A DNA stretch of 64,000 bases from NCBI RefSeq assembly GCF_963921235.1, contig NC_086108.1:39124001-39188000 (forward strand). The letters are read 5' to 3'. Positions within the stretch are counted from its first letter, which is position 1; every line of letters begins with the position of its first letter. The notes under the pieces were generated by a model, which saw nothing but the letters and a program-made list of their open reading frames with translations, was not told the DNA's origin and searched no databases. The stretch is from Mobula hypostoma (Eukaryota). This document shows positions 1 through 11,780 of this stretch, piece after piece. The translations under genes were made by a program, and so were the position numbers.

Positions 1-339
1 TTTACTTCCAGTTTCCTCATTGCTCACATTCAAATCAGATGATACAGCTCATATCTTGTGCCCATAGGCAGGAAACAGGAAATGGTTTGCTGTCAGTACA
101 GTCAAATCTTATAATTCTGAACATGCTCACTCACAAGTTTGCCATTAATTTTTTGTTCCTTCTCAAATGTTAATATATTCAACAAAATATCTGCTGCTTT
201 GATGAATGCATTGAACTGTTTTCCAGCTTCTTTCATCCTCTGTCCTAACAATATAACTATCAGACTTCAAATCTCCAAGTTCTGCTGCCAGATCACCTGA
301 TCTTTTGCAACCTGGTGGCAATCTTGCACTCTGCATCAA

Positions 340-560
340 GAAATTTATCTTGAATGTATTCAACGATGTCAAGTTTCACATCTCTCTGGGGTTGCGAGTT
401 CCAAAGAACCACAACCACAAAGAGAAGAAAACTGCCTCCTATCTGTCTAACTTGGACAACAATTTCTTCTGAAACCATGTACCCAGTGCTAAACTGTGCC
501 AGCATGGAGAATATTCCCACAATGTCTATCCTATCAAGCTCCTTCAGCATAATAGAGTTC
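340..560 (-). mobile_element. Decayed CR1 LINE 3' fragment
   Basis: Minus strand gtggttctttggaactcgcaaccccagagagatgtg...ttgaatacattcaag resembles the CR1 ORF2 C-terminal region (VVxxWNSLPQxVV). Confidence 0.5.
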
Positions 561-699
561 AACATGAAGATAAGGTCAATACTGCAACATGAAATCATCC
601 CGTTCTGACAAGAATCAATCCAGTGGATGTTCTTGCATTGCTTCCAAGTATATCTTCTCTTTAACGTGATCAAAACTTTACACACTACCTCAGAAGTTA

Positions 700-940
700 G
701 AGAGTCACAGAGTTTAACAGCACAGAAACAGGCCCTTCAGCTCACAGTATCCTCCTAAACCATTAAGTAGGCTTTTACAATACCCTACGCTAATCTCAAT
801 ATTACCATCAAATCCCCCCCAGATTCTCCCACTAACCTGAACACTAGGAACAATTAACAGTGGCCTATTAATCTATTAATCCACACATCTTTGGCACATA
901 GAAGGAAGCCAGAGCACACAGATGAAAACCATGTGTCTCT
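700..940 (-). mobile_element. V-SINE/HE1-like SINE with CR1-derived tail, interrupted by the Rex1-like fragment at 941
   Basis: cacagaaacaggcccttcagc tail, then caattaacagtggcc...tctttgg...gaagccagagcac. Same body as the SINEs at 22097 and 28330-29857. Confidence 0.6.
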
Positions 941-1380
941 GTTCAAAGTTTAAAATAAATTTTATTATCAGAGTACATACATGTCACCACATACAACCCT
1001 GAAATTCTTTTTCTGCAGGTATACTTGGCAAATTTATAGAACAATAACTGTAAACTGTAAACATCAGGGACTCTGACCTGTAAACAAATTATGCAAATGC
1101 AGATAATAATAAATAGCAATAAATAATAAGTATGAAATAACAATATAACAGAGTCCTTAAATGAGTGTAACTATCCTCTTTTGTTCAAGAACCTGATGGT
1201 TGAGGGATAGAAATTGTTCTTGAACCTGGTGGTGTGAGTCCTGAGGCACTTGTAGCTTCTACCTGATGGCAACAGTGAGAAAAGAGCATGGTCTAGGTGG
1301 TGAGGATCTTTGATGATGGATGCTGCTTTTCTAAGGCAACGTTTCATGTAGACGTACTCAACAGTGCATATCCATTGGCA
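941..1380 (-). mobile_element. Rex1/Babar-like non-LTR retrotransposon 3' end
   Basis: ORF 1171-1383 encodes RKAASIIKDPHHxxHALFSLLPSGRxYxxLRTHTTRFKNxFYPSTIRFLN, a Rex1-type C-terminus; 3' UTR ends in a TTTGAAC-type tail. Confidence 0.8.
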
Positions 1381-1814
1381 CACTGACTCTCCACTTGAGC
1401 TGCAGTGCTGCCCTCAAGTTCTGTCCCACTAAGGTCCTTCAGCCAAACTTCCTTCAGTTTGTAGAAGATTGACTTGTAGTAATGAGTAAAGACTTACAAT
1501 GCCCTCCTGAATGCTTGTTCGACCTGCTTGCAGTTTTCTTTTAAGACAAGTACATTTAACCTGCATTCAATATTCCCATACTATTGAAATAATATTCTGC
1601 TTTCCTGCTCTTCTTACCAAAGTGGATAGCCTCAATAGTTGTCTGCATTGCCCTCCATTGCTCTTTTTAGGCAGACATGGTCACAAGGGCATGAAGAGTT
1701 GGAGTGGCAGTCTACTTGGGAGCTGTGTAGCCTCAGCTGTAGTAAGAACTAGGACTCAAGCTTCCCAATTTTATTATCCTTCAGTGATCATAATGCCATT
1801 AATTTCAAAGTAAG

Positions 1815-3966
1815 TATGGAAAAAAATATGCCTGGTTCACAGGTTGAGATTCTAAGATGGAGAAAGGTCAATTTTGATACCAAAAATAGCATTTGGCAAG
1901 TGCGGATGAGGATAGGCTATTTTCTGGCAGAGATGTACTTGGTAGGTGGGATGCCTCCAAAAGTGAAATTTTGAGAGTACAAAGTGTGTATGTGCACGTC
2001 AGAATAAAAGGTAAGGATAACACATGTAGGGAACCTTGGTTTTCAAGAGATATTAAGGCCCTGTTAAGAAAAAAATGGAGGTGCATAGCTGGTTTAGGAG
2101 GTACTTATGGAGTATAAGAAATGCCAGAGAACACGAAAAGAAATCAAAGGGTTAAAAAAAAGCAGGAGGTTGCCCTAGCAGATAAGCTGAAGGAGAATCC
2201 TAAGGGATTCTACAGCTATGTTAAGAGCAAAAGAATTACAAGGGACAAAACTGGTCCGCTGGAAGATCAGAATGGTAAAGCCAAAAGAGATACAGGAGAT
2301 CTTAAATGGATTTTTTGCATTTGCATTTACTCACAAGATGGACACAGACTCTTATAGAAGTGAGGTCATGGACCCTAATCAGAATACAATGTGGGGGGGG
2401 GGTGTAATTTCTGTCATCAGGCAAATTAGGTTGAATAAATCCCCAGGATCTGACAAGGTGTTCCCTCGGATCCTGTGGGAGGCAAATGCAGAAATCACAG
2501 GGGCCCTAGCAGAAATATTTAAATCATCCTTAGAGACAGGTGAAGTACCGGAGGATTGGAAGATAGCTAATGTTGTTCCACTGTTTAAGAAAGGCTCTAA
2601 AATAAACCAAGAAATCATAGGCTGGTGAGCCTGGCGTCATTAGTGAGAAAGTTATTGGAAGATATTATAAGGGACTGGATATATAATTATTTAGATAGAC
2701 ATGGACTGATTAAGGATAGTGAGCATGGCCTTGTGCACAGTAGGTCATGTCTTACCAGCTTTTGAGGATGTTACCAGGAAAGTTGATGAAGGCAAGGCAG
2801 AAGATGTTGTCTACATGGACTTCAGCAAAGCATTTGACAAGGTCCTGTATGGGGGGTGGGTCAAGAAGGTTCAGTCGCTTGGTGTTTAAAATGAGGTAGT
2901 AGATTGGATTAGACATTGGCTTTGTGGGAAAAGCCAGAGAGTGGTAGCAGATGGTTGCCTTACTGACTGGGGGCCTGTGACTAGTGGTGTGCCGCAGTGA
3001 TCGGCGCTGGGTCCATTGTTGTTTATTATCTGTATCAATGATTTAGATGATAATGTGGTTAATTAGAACAGCAAGTTTGAAGATGCCACCAAGATTGGTG
3101 GTGTAGTGGACAGCGAGGAAGACTATCAGAGCTTGCAGAGGATCTGAACCACCTGGAAAAATGACAGATGGAATTTAATGCAGACAAGTGTGAGGTGTGG
3201 TACTTTGGGAGGACCAACCAGGGTAGGTCTTACACAGTGAATGTTAGGGACTGAGTAATGCAGTAGAATAAAGGGATCTGGGAATGCTGGTACATAATTC
3301 ATTGAAGAAGTAGCACAGGTAGGTAGGGTCAAAAAGAAAGCTTTTGGCACACGAGCCTTCATAAATCAAAGTACGGAATACAGGAGATGGGATGTTATGC
3401 TGAAGTTGGACAATTTGTTGGTTAGGCCTAATTTGGAGTATTGTGTGCAGTTTTGGTCACCTCTCTACAGGGAAGATATAAATAAGATTGGAAGAGTACA
3501 AAGAAAATTTATAAGGATGTTGCTGAGACTGGAGAACCTGAGTTATAAGGAAAGATTGAATAGGTCAGGACTTTATTTCTTGGAATGTAGTAGATTCAGA
3601 GCAAAGTTGATAGAGATACACAAACTTATAAGGAGTATAGACAGGGTAAATTCAAGTAGGCTTTTTCCACTGAAGTTGGGTGGAACTACAAGTAGAGGTC
3701 ATGGATTAAGGGTAAAAGATGAAATGTTTAAGGGGAACATTGGGAAGAAACCCTTTTACTCAGAGAGTCATGAGAGTGTGGAATGAGCTGGGAGTGCAAG
3801 TGGTGCATGCGAGCTTGATTTCAACGTTGAAGAAGAGTTTGGATATGGACATGGATGGAGGGCGATTATCTGAGTGCAGGTCTATGGAAGTAGGCAGTTT
3901 AAATGGTTCGGCACAGACTAGATGGGCTGAAAGATCTGTTTCTGTCTTGTACTTTTCTAGGACTCT
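1815..3966 (+). mobile_element. CR1 LINE, 5'-truncated (~2.15 kb), ORF2 reverse transcriptase pseudogene
   Basis: Fragments KENPKGFYSYVKSKR, VPEDWKIANVVPLFKKG, YMDFSKAFDKV and LVRPNLEYCVQFWSP, plus a CR1 3' tail (gggctgaaagatctgtttctgtcttgtac). Many stops and frameshifts. Confidence 0.93.
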
Positions 3967-5771
3967 AATTTATTTTTCCTTGATCTTGAAAACTTTATGA
4001 TCTTTTTTTCAGCTCCCAAAGGAAATTCCTTAACATTTCCTTCTGTTTGGTTCCAGGTGTCTGGAATTATAATTGCTGCTTACTAATCCTCAAAAAGATA
4101 ATAATATCTTTGCTGTGACTTAGGAGCAGACAACCTATACACAAAGTATTACATGTGGTCTGACTTTAAAGAAAACAGTAAAAGCTTCCTGAGCTATGCT
4201 CCATTCATATTCTGAAATGATACAGTATTTACATAGGCTTGTGAAGCATCATACATTAACAGAAGTTTATATTACAATAAGAACAAGTACAAAGAAAGAT
4301 ACATACCGATAATACCAACTAATTTGCTTTGTATTGTTACAAATGGCTCTTTGAAGTCACGGACACTCACAAATTGTGAACCTTCAGTAACAACCTAAAA
4401 CTCAGAATATACCAACAGCAAAATGACAATAGGGGAAAGAAGCACCTTTGTGGAATAGACATCTCTTTACTCTGCACTCACAATTTACCCTCATCTTCAG
4501 GAGTGAATGTTTGCGTCCCGCAGACAGAACTGCTCCCCAACATCCCGGCTCCCGGACAACAAACTCCCCATTCTGTCTTGCCTGCAACTGGTACCAGTTA
4601 CACTTAACCCCATTGAGTTTTCCAACATTGTGGTATCACACCAGACCAGAGAAAGCCAGGACTTAATGTGGTTCCCACTCTACTTGGCTGGGAACTCACT
4701 CTGTGGAATGTGCAGCAGATCCAAGGACTGGGACAGGTCCTTCGATAGAAAAGGACATTCAGATGGCAGTCTCGTTTTCAAGCTAATTTTGCTACACACT
4801 ATGTCTTATTTATAGTTCAGTTGGTTTTATAGATGTTCATATCACTTATTTATCCAAGTTAAACTTTAACACTCTGAGAAAGCTTTTCAGATATTGGGAG
4901 GAGGCAGAATATGCCCAATTTGGCATACGAGCAATGCAGCAAAATATATATTTAATGCCAATTAACGACAAGCAGTGCAAATTAGTGTTGTTGCCCATTT
5001 TAAATAACATTTGCAAAAAGTTATTTGAAATTTTTCTATTCCATGGTATAAGTGATGCTAACAGCAAAATTCAACATACTGCATCACAAAGAAAATTTGC
5101 AAGCAGCTTTCTCAGCGTCCTAAAGTCTAACTTGAATAAATGAACAATATGAGCAAATCTATAAAATTGAATGATAATTAAGAAATAGTGTGTAACAAAA
5201 TTACTGCTTGGAAATTAGATTGCTGATGTAATGCCCTTTTTAATTGAAAGTCTCAGTCTTGGGATCGTATCAAGAACCTTGAGTCCATGAGTTAGAAATG
5301 CACAGAGACCCTACAAAGGCAGAAGTAACCTGCCCCATCAGCCATTGGTGGAAGCTTAGAACTGCCACCTCAGAACCTCCAAAATTTGGAGTGAAGCAAG
5401 TCGTCCTCAATTCTGAGAAACCGCCCAAGAATAAGGGCTCATCACAACCAAAAGCAGATCATAAGTAAGTAAAACAAACAACTAAACATTGTCAAAATAA
5501 CAATTATTTTCATACAGTGGTCTGTTCTGTCTAAAATGCATTCAAAAATATTATGTAGGACAGAGTTTGGAATTACCAGACTCCCATTTCTAATTCAACA
5601 ATTCCACTTATCTCATCTGCTGTAAACCTAATCCCTTGGGATTCTCTGTTCCAAGATGATCCTGGCTGACTTCTCCATAACCAGATACCTTCTGTCCTTG
5701 GGCAGAGACCAAGATTTATACACCCAGTAATCACGTACTCACTGATTGAGATGGCCATCAGTTAATAAATA

Positions 5772-7360
5772 CAAACCCCATTTCCAGAAAAGTTGGGATA
5801 TTTTCCAAAATGCAATAAAAACAAAAATCTGTGATATGTTCATTCACGTGAACCTTTATTTAACTGACAAATATACAAAGAAAAGATTTTCAATAGTTTT
5901 ACTGACCAACTTAATTGTATTTTGTAAATATACACAAATTTAGAATTTGATGGCTGCAACACACTCAACAAAAGTTGGGACAGAGTTAAAATAAGATTGA
6001 AAAGTGTACAGAATATTCAAGTAACACCAGTTTGGAAGACTCCACATTAAGCAGGCTAATTGGTAGCAGGTGAGATATCATGACTGGGTATAAAAGTAGC
6101 GTCCATCAAAGGCTCAGTCTTTGCAAGCAAGGATGGGTCGTGACTCATCCTTTTGTGCCAAAATTCATGCGAGAATTGTTAGTTCAAAAGGACCATTTCT
6201 CAACACAAGATTGCAGAGAATTTAGGTCTTTCAACATCTACAGTACATAATATTATGAAAAGATTCAGAGACATCTCAGTGCGTAAAGGGCAAGGTCGGA
6301 AACCACTGTTGAATGCGCGTGATCTTCGAGCCTTCAGGCAGCACTGCCTAAGAAACCGTCATGCTACTGTGACAATTATAGCCACCTGGGCTCGGGAGTA
6401 CTTCGGAAAACCATTGTCACTCAACACAGTCCGTTGTGCATCCACAAATGCAACTTGAAACTGTATTACGCAAGGAGGAAGCCATACGTCAACTCTATGC
6501 AGAAACGCCGGCGAGTTCTCTGGGCCCGAGCTCATCTCAAATGGACTGAAAGACTGTGGAACCATGTGCTGTGGTCAGATGAGCCCACATTTCAGCTAGT
6601 TTTCAGAAAAAACAGGCGTCGAGTTTTCCGTGCCAAAGATGAAAACGACCATCCAGATTGTTATCAGCAAAAGGTACAAAAGCTACATCTGTGATGGTAT
6701 GGGGGTGCATCAGTGCCCACGGCATGGGTGAGTTGCATGTATGTGAAGGTACCATTGACCCTGAGGCGTATATTAGGATTTTAGAGAGACATATGTTGCC
6801 ATCAAGGCGACGTCTCTTCCCGGGACGTCTACACTTATTTCAGCAGGACAACGCCAGACCACATTCTGCACGGGCTACAACAGCATGGCTTTGTAGACAC
6901 AGAGTGCATGTGCTTGACTGGCCTGCTGCCAGTCCAGATCTATCTCCTATTGAAAATGTATGGCGCATCATGAAGAAGAGAATCAGACAACTGAGACCAC
7001 GGACTGTTGAGCAACTGAAGTCTTATATCAAGCAAGAATGGACAAAATTTCCAATTGTAAATCTACTACAATTAGTATCCTCAGTTCCAAAACGATTAAA
7101 AAGTGTTATTAAAAGGAAAGGTGATGTAACACAATGGTAAACATGCCTCTGTCCCAACTTTTGTTGAGTGTGTTGCAGCCATCAAATTCTAAATTTGTGT
7201 ATGTTTACAAAATACAATTAAGTTGGTCAGTAAAACTATTGAAAATCTTTTCTTTATACTTTTGTCAGTTAAATAAAGGTTCACGTGAATTAACATATCA
7301 CAGATTTTTGTTTTTATTGCATTTTGGAAAATATCCCAACTTTTCTGGAAATGGGGTTTG
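5772..7360 (+). mobile_element. Full-length Tc1-family DNA transposon (1589 bp, IR/DR type)
   Basis: 214-bp TIRs at 5772-5985 and 7147-7360 with 5 mismatches by manual alignment. TA target duplication at 5770-71 and 7361-62. Direct repeat AAAAGTTGGGA at the outer and inner end of each TIR. TATAAAA at 6089. Confidence 0.97.
6133..7140 (+). pseudogene. Frameshifted Tc1 DD34E transposase
   Basis: ATG at 6133 and TAA at 7138-40. Pieces in ORFs 6255, 6434 and 6658 give the GRKP linker, WSDE, VMVWGC, FQQDNA and SPDLSPIE, with 34 residues between the second D and E. About three frameshifts. Confidence 0.93.
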
Positions 7361-8375
7361 TACATCAGTTATAAAGTTCTTCTCCTCGTTTCCCTCTGTT
7401 ATCTTTTTCATCTTCCTCCTCCAGCACTCCAAAGTATCTGTGCTGGAATTCCCTCCTAAAGTATCTCGACTTTTCCTAATCTCTATAATGCTCCTTACAA
7501 CCTACCTCTTTCTATCCAAATATGGAGATTGGTGTCAACCTTTCACCAATTTCTACTCTTTTCAGAACAATAATCATTGTATGTTTGTATTTTCCTTTTA
7601 CTTTTCATGTTTTATGTTAATTACTGATTTGCTGGATAGGAATATCCTTCCATTAATGATATGAGTTGATTGGAAGGCTGCTTAACTTCAAAGTAGCATG
7701 GACATGGAACATTGGTAACATGATCATACACAGGACAGTTCTAGTCAAAAAAATTGTTGTCGTCAGCAATTCACGACTGTCTAAAAACCATAGCAATTCC
7801 CTCGGACTGCTCTTCTAATAAACAAATGTGCTGTCTTCATGGAAGTGCAAAGACAACCATCTGTGTTTCTTCATCTTATATTGTATTGACAGACTCAGCT
7901 CCAATATCTTCATGTACAGCCAACCTCTTTAACAAAGTGAAGTTCAACTGGGAACTAAGACCAAAATGTGAATTCATATTCAGTTCCAAATGTTGCTATT
8001 AAAATAACAGAATTGAAAATTTTGCAAATAATGATAGTTGAATTTAATTTATTTATCTGTTAAGAGCAACAACTTACTCTGTACCAGCTTCTCTTCTGCA
8101 TTTAATAGAATACAATTTTAGAGTATTTCAAAAGTAAATTGCTGTGTAAAACATGTTAAGATAAATAACGAAGATCTATTATTGAACTATCACATAGTGG
8201 GCTACCAAATTTAAAACCAAAGCAGGAAATGAAAAGCTTCAGCTGGCTACTTAAATATAAAAAACCGAGGAGTCCCGTTTGCTTTGGCCTATGGCACACA
8301 AAACTGGACCAATGTCTGAAATTGCTAAAATATGAATTTGACTTTAAAGTAAGCAAATTAAAAAAATAAACCTAC

Positions 8376-8456
8376 CAGGCTGAGATTGACAGGAGTATTA
8401 GGCAATGGCACCTCATGTTTGTATAACGTTTGTAAAATATCATTCAGGTCATTTTC
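8376..8456 (-). CDS. DENND1B: DENND1B coding exon, 81 nt, ENDLNDILQTLYKHEVPLPNTPVNLSL
   Basis: acttgcag|GAAAAT...AGCCTG|gtaggt. Resembles DENND1B ENDLNETLRSLYNHPVPKANTPVNLSV. Phase 0 to 0. Confidence 0.92.
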
Positions 8457-9669
8457 CTGCAAGTCAAATAAGAATTTTCACAAATTAGACATTAGGAACT
8501 TATCTTAAGTGGAATCAAAAACTAAAAATTAAGAATTAAGCAGAAACAATTTGTCCTCTATGCACCATCCCAATGATGATAGAATTCAATCTTCTAATGA
8601 AAGCATAAATGTTACCTGTAATTATTTTCTCTACCCAACTCAAAAGCAAAGCCTAAAAAAGTCAGCAATTTATCTTTAATTAAAGCAATGGAGATAAATT
8701 TATATTTAAATTCATGGATTTATTCTGGGCACCCTTCTGTACCCATTCAGACTGATATCTTATATTTAATTTAGCATTAGTACTTTCAAATACTATAAAT
8801 CCACAAGGAGAAGGCGGCAAGGTTAGACCACTGATGAGGAGGAAAAGATCACATTGAGGTGCACAACCCATGGAATACAAAAGGACTTTTAACCATCTCA
8901 GTATTGATTGAGATAATGTGAAAGGAACTGGAGGGTGAGGGGTGGGAGTTGGGCCGAGAGAGATGAATCGCTTCAGAATGTAGTTAAGAACTTCCTTGTT
9001 CAGTGTGTTATTGTCTTAGAGAGGAACATGCATTATTGATCTAGCTTTAGAGGAGGAGTTGTGCTAAATGGATTAAATATCATAGGAGAAATATTTGAAG
9101 GATTATAATCATAGAATCAAAAGATTTTGATTAGTTATGGGGAAAAAAGAAGGATTAACCAAATTAGAACTTAATAACTAAATGAGCACTAACTTCAGTA
9201 GAATGAAAGGGGATCCAGTCCAGATAACCTGAAGTTAAAGACTGGCAGACAAAACTGTTAGAGAAAACTGACAGCTTTTACAGAGAGTGAAAAGATAATG
9301 CAATCAATGCCTGTTTGAAGTAATGTAATGTAAAAAGTGGATGCATGATTTACATCATGTTGGAAGTGTAAGTGAGAATGTGGCTGAACACCGAAAGCTC
9401 AGAAGGGAAATGAGTAAAAAGAGGGAAAATGAGAATATCAAAATAAGTTAGCACTTAACATAAAAAAAGAAATCTATAAGTTTTCAAGGCCATGTGAATG
9501 TTAGTGAGATATTAAAAGGAATGGGCCTTGTGAACAATCAATAAGATCCCACTATACGCAGCTGATAGCACGTTTGAAATATTTGGTGAATAATCTGCAT
9601 CTTTCTTTGCCAAGGAAGAGGAGGCAATCAAAGTGATGGTAAAGTGAGAGGTTGCTGAGAGAGCAGGAG

Positions 9670-9760
9670 CTGTCAGAGAGGGGAAGAGGGGGAGAGGCGG
9701 GGAGAGGGGAGCTGCTGGGGCTGGAGGGAAGAGGAGGAGAGGAAGGCAGCCACAGAGAGG
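9670..9760. repeat. Purine-rich (GA/GGA) low-complexity tract
   Basis: gagaggggaagagggggagaggcggggagagggga...gaggaggagaggaagg. Confidence 0.7.
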
Positions 9761-9854
9761 ATATCTACGATGATAGTGAATTCATCACATGGCCTGTTTA
9801 GCGCGCATCTTATATTCCTGAAGGATATAGGAATAGAAGGTACAAAAGAGTTCA

Positions 9855-9977
9855 AACATGAGGAAATCTGCAGATGCCGGAATTTCAAGCAACACACATA
9901 AAAGTTGCTGGTGAACGCAGCAGGCCAGTCAGCATCTCTAGGAAGAGGTACAGTCGACGTTTCGGGCCGAGACCCTT
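9855..9977 (-). mobile_element. Penelope-like element terminal (pLTR) fragment with partial hammerhead motif
   Basis: Minus strand aagggtctcggcccGAAACGTCgactg...gatgctg...cctgctgcgttcaccagcaac...gcatctgcagattt; same terminus as at 16637 and 61565. Confidence 0.75.
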
Positions 9978-10158
9978 GCCGATTGCGCCGCCTCTGATCT
10001 GGGCTGACATTTGCGTGCCGGGAGGCACCTAATTAATTAGCTTGTTTATTTCAGCTTTTTTTCCTCAAAGATGTGCTGGGTGCATTCCGACTACCGCTGC
10101 ACTACTGCATTCTTCGCGGCAATGTATCAGTCCGCGGCCCAGAGGTTGGGGACCACTG
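9978..10158 (+). mobile_element. hAT (Charlie-type) DNA transposon end fragment
   Basis: Ends with gtccgcggcccagaggttggggaccactg, the reverse complement of a CAGTGGTCCCCAACC-type hAT TIR. The opposite end was not found. Confidence 0.6.
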
Positions 10159-11780
10159 GCCTATATGTACTGAATTAGTTAAAGATGGCATGATAAGTTG
10201 AGAAAGTGATTTACAAAGCACTTGGTAGTAGGATTAACAAACAATATTAAAGTAAGGAAGAAACAGTAACTTTTTATAAAATATCAATTAGCCCATAATT
10301 GAGTATTGGGTGTCTTTCTGGTCACCACACTTTACAGAAGATGTAAAAGGCCAAGAGGGAATTCAGCTAAAATAGTTCCAACATGAAAGATTTCATTTGT
10401 GAGGATTAACTAGTGAAGTAGGGCTTGTTCTCTTTCAGTGGAGAAGCTCAAGAAAGGATATAAAGATGTGTACAAGTGCTTGACAAGGCTAGGTGAAACA
10501 AATTAAGAGGAAGTGTCCCCGTCAGCAGAGAGCTTCAGAACCAAAACACATAATTTTGAGTGATGAAGATCAAAGCATGAAGTGAGGGTTTTTAATGCAG
10601 CAAGTTGTTATGTTCTGAAATGATCTGTCTTAAGATATTGCGGATGCAATTTTAGTTGTGGCTTTCAAAAGAGAACTACATAAAATATATTTGAAAGTAA
10701 CACATCTGTAGGTCCCTGAGCAAAACAGCAGCCAAAAGTAACTAATGGCCATCTTTTGCATGGTCATCTTTCATGCTGTACATTTCCATGATTTGCAATT
10801 GGACAGGTTATTACCTCAAGAGCACAGACCAGAGAATACCTGGAGTACAAAAGTTGAGAAGTAGCAACAACTTGCAATGTGAACCTAAAATCCTTTCAAG
10901 TCACTACCATATGGTAGCAGATGTGTTTTTAGGACAGATTTCAAAAGCTTTTCAAGTCAATAGAAGCATGGTAAATGCTCAGATCTTTCACAGGCTTGCA
11001 TCTTAGTACATGAGCTCTTGGAATCAATATTTTGTTTCTCATTGCAAGTTGAGGGAAAATTAGGAGTTAATCAAATGGAACAGATCTTATGAAGGAATAT
11101 TGGCAATCAGCTGGCTAACTGCTGATATTTCCAAGTCTAATTGACAGCAAACTCAACAGTCACAGACACAGAAACTCAAAGTTGTTGTCAGCTGTTTGAA
11201 GTATTTTTCAAGAATGCATTATGAAGATGAACTTCATAGAGTCTGGTACAAACATATGAACAACCTGTGCCAGAGTTACGCCTGGTGTAGGGGGGTTTAG
11301 TCCAATAATTTCAGTAGAGAGTGGATAAACAAGAGTTATTGTGTGTATAGGTAGTTTTAAATTTGACTTCATTTAATAGTTCATGTTTTAAGTGCATAAT
11401 TCTTCCATGTACAAAGACTAAGTGATTGAATGGATTGCAAATCTTTCTGAAAGTCAAAAGCATTCATAATTCTGCAGAGCTCCATCATCAAACTAAGCAA
11501 GAATGCAAGGCTTTGTGGGCTGTTCAAGATTTAATCCATAGATTCAATATGGTGCTTCATCTGGCACACTTTGGTGATGGCCAGTTGTCACTCTGATCTT
11601 TGGTACAATTGCTGCAAGAAGGTTCCTGTAAGCCAAGTTTTTGTTGAGGGAATTGCCTTTTTTAAAATCCATTCTCCCTCCTTCCACCCCCAGAGTCACT
11701 GGCCAGAACAAGTCATTCACTGTAAATTGCAAATCATTATCACAGAATAACTTAACGTTCAATTGATATTCATAACTTTA

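Larger units (their letters stand above)
8790..10745 (+). mobile_element. Very old CR1 LINE remnant, split by younger insertions at ~9670-10160
   Basis: CR1-like phrases tgcatctttctttgccaaggaagagga, gagtattgggtgtctttctggtcaccacac and gggcttgttctctttcagtggagaag. Confidence 0.6.

Noticed and set aside
293..685. 130-aa minus-strand ORF
   Set aside because: It overlaps a decayed CR1 3' fragment (VVLWNSQPQR) and shows no DENND1B similarity.
7134..7664. 176-aa hydrophobic ORF
   Set aside because: It runs through the Tc1 right TIR and T-rich flank, has no recognisable domain and is a compositional artefact.
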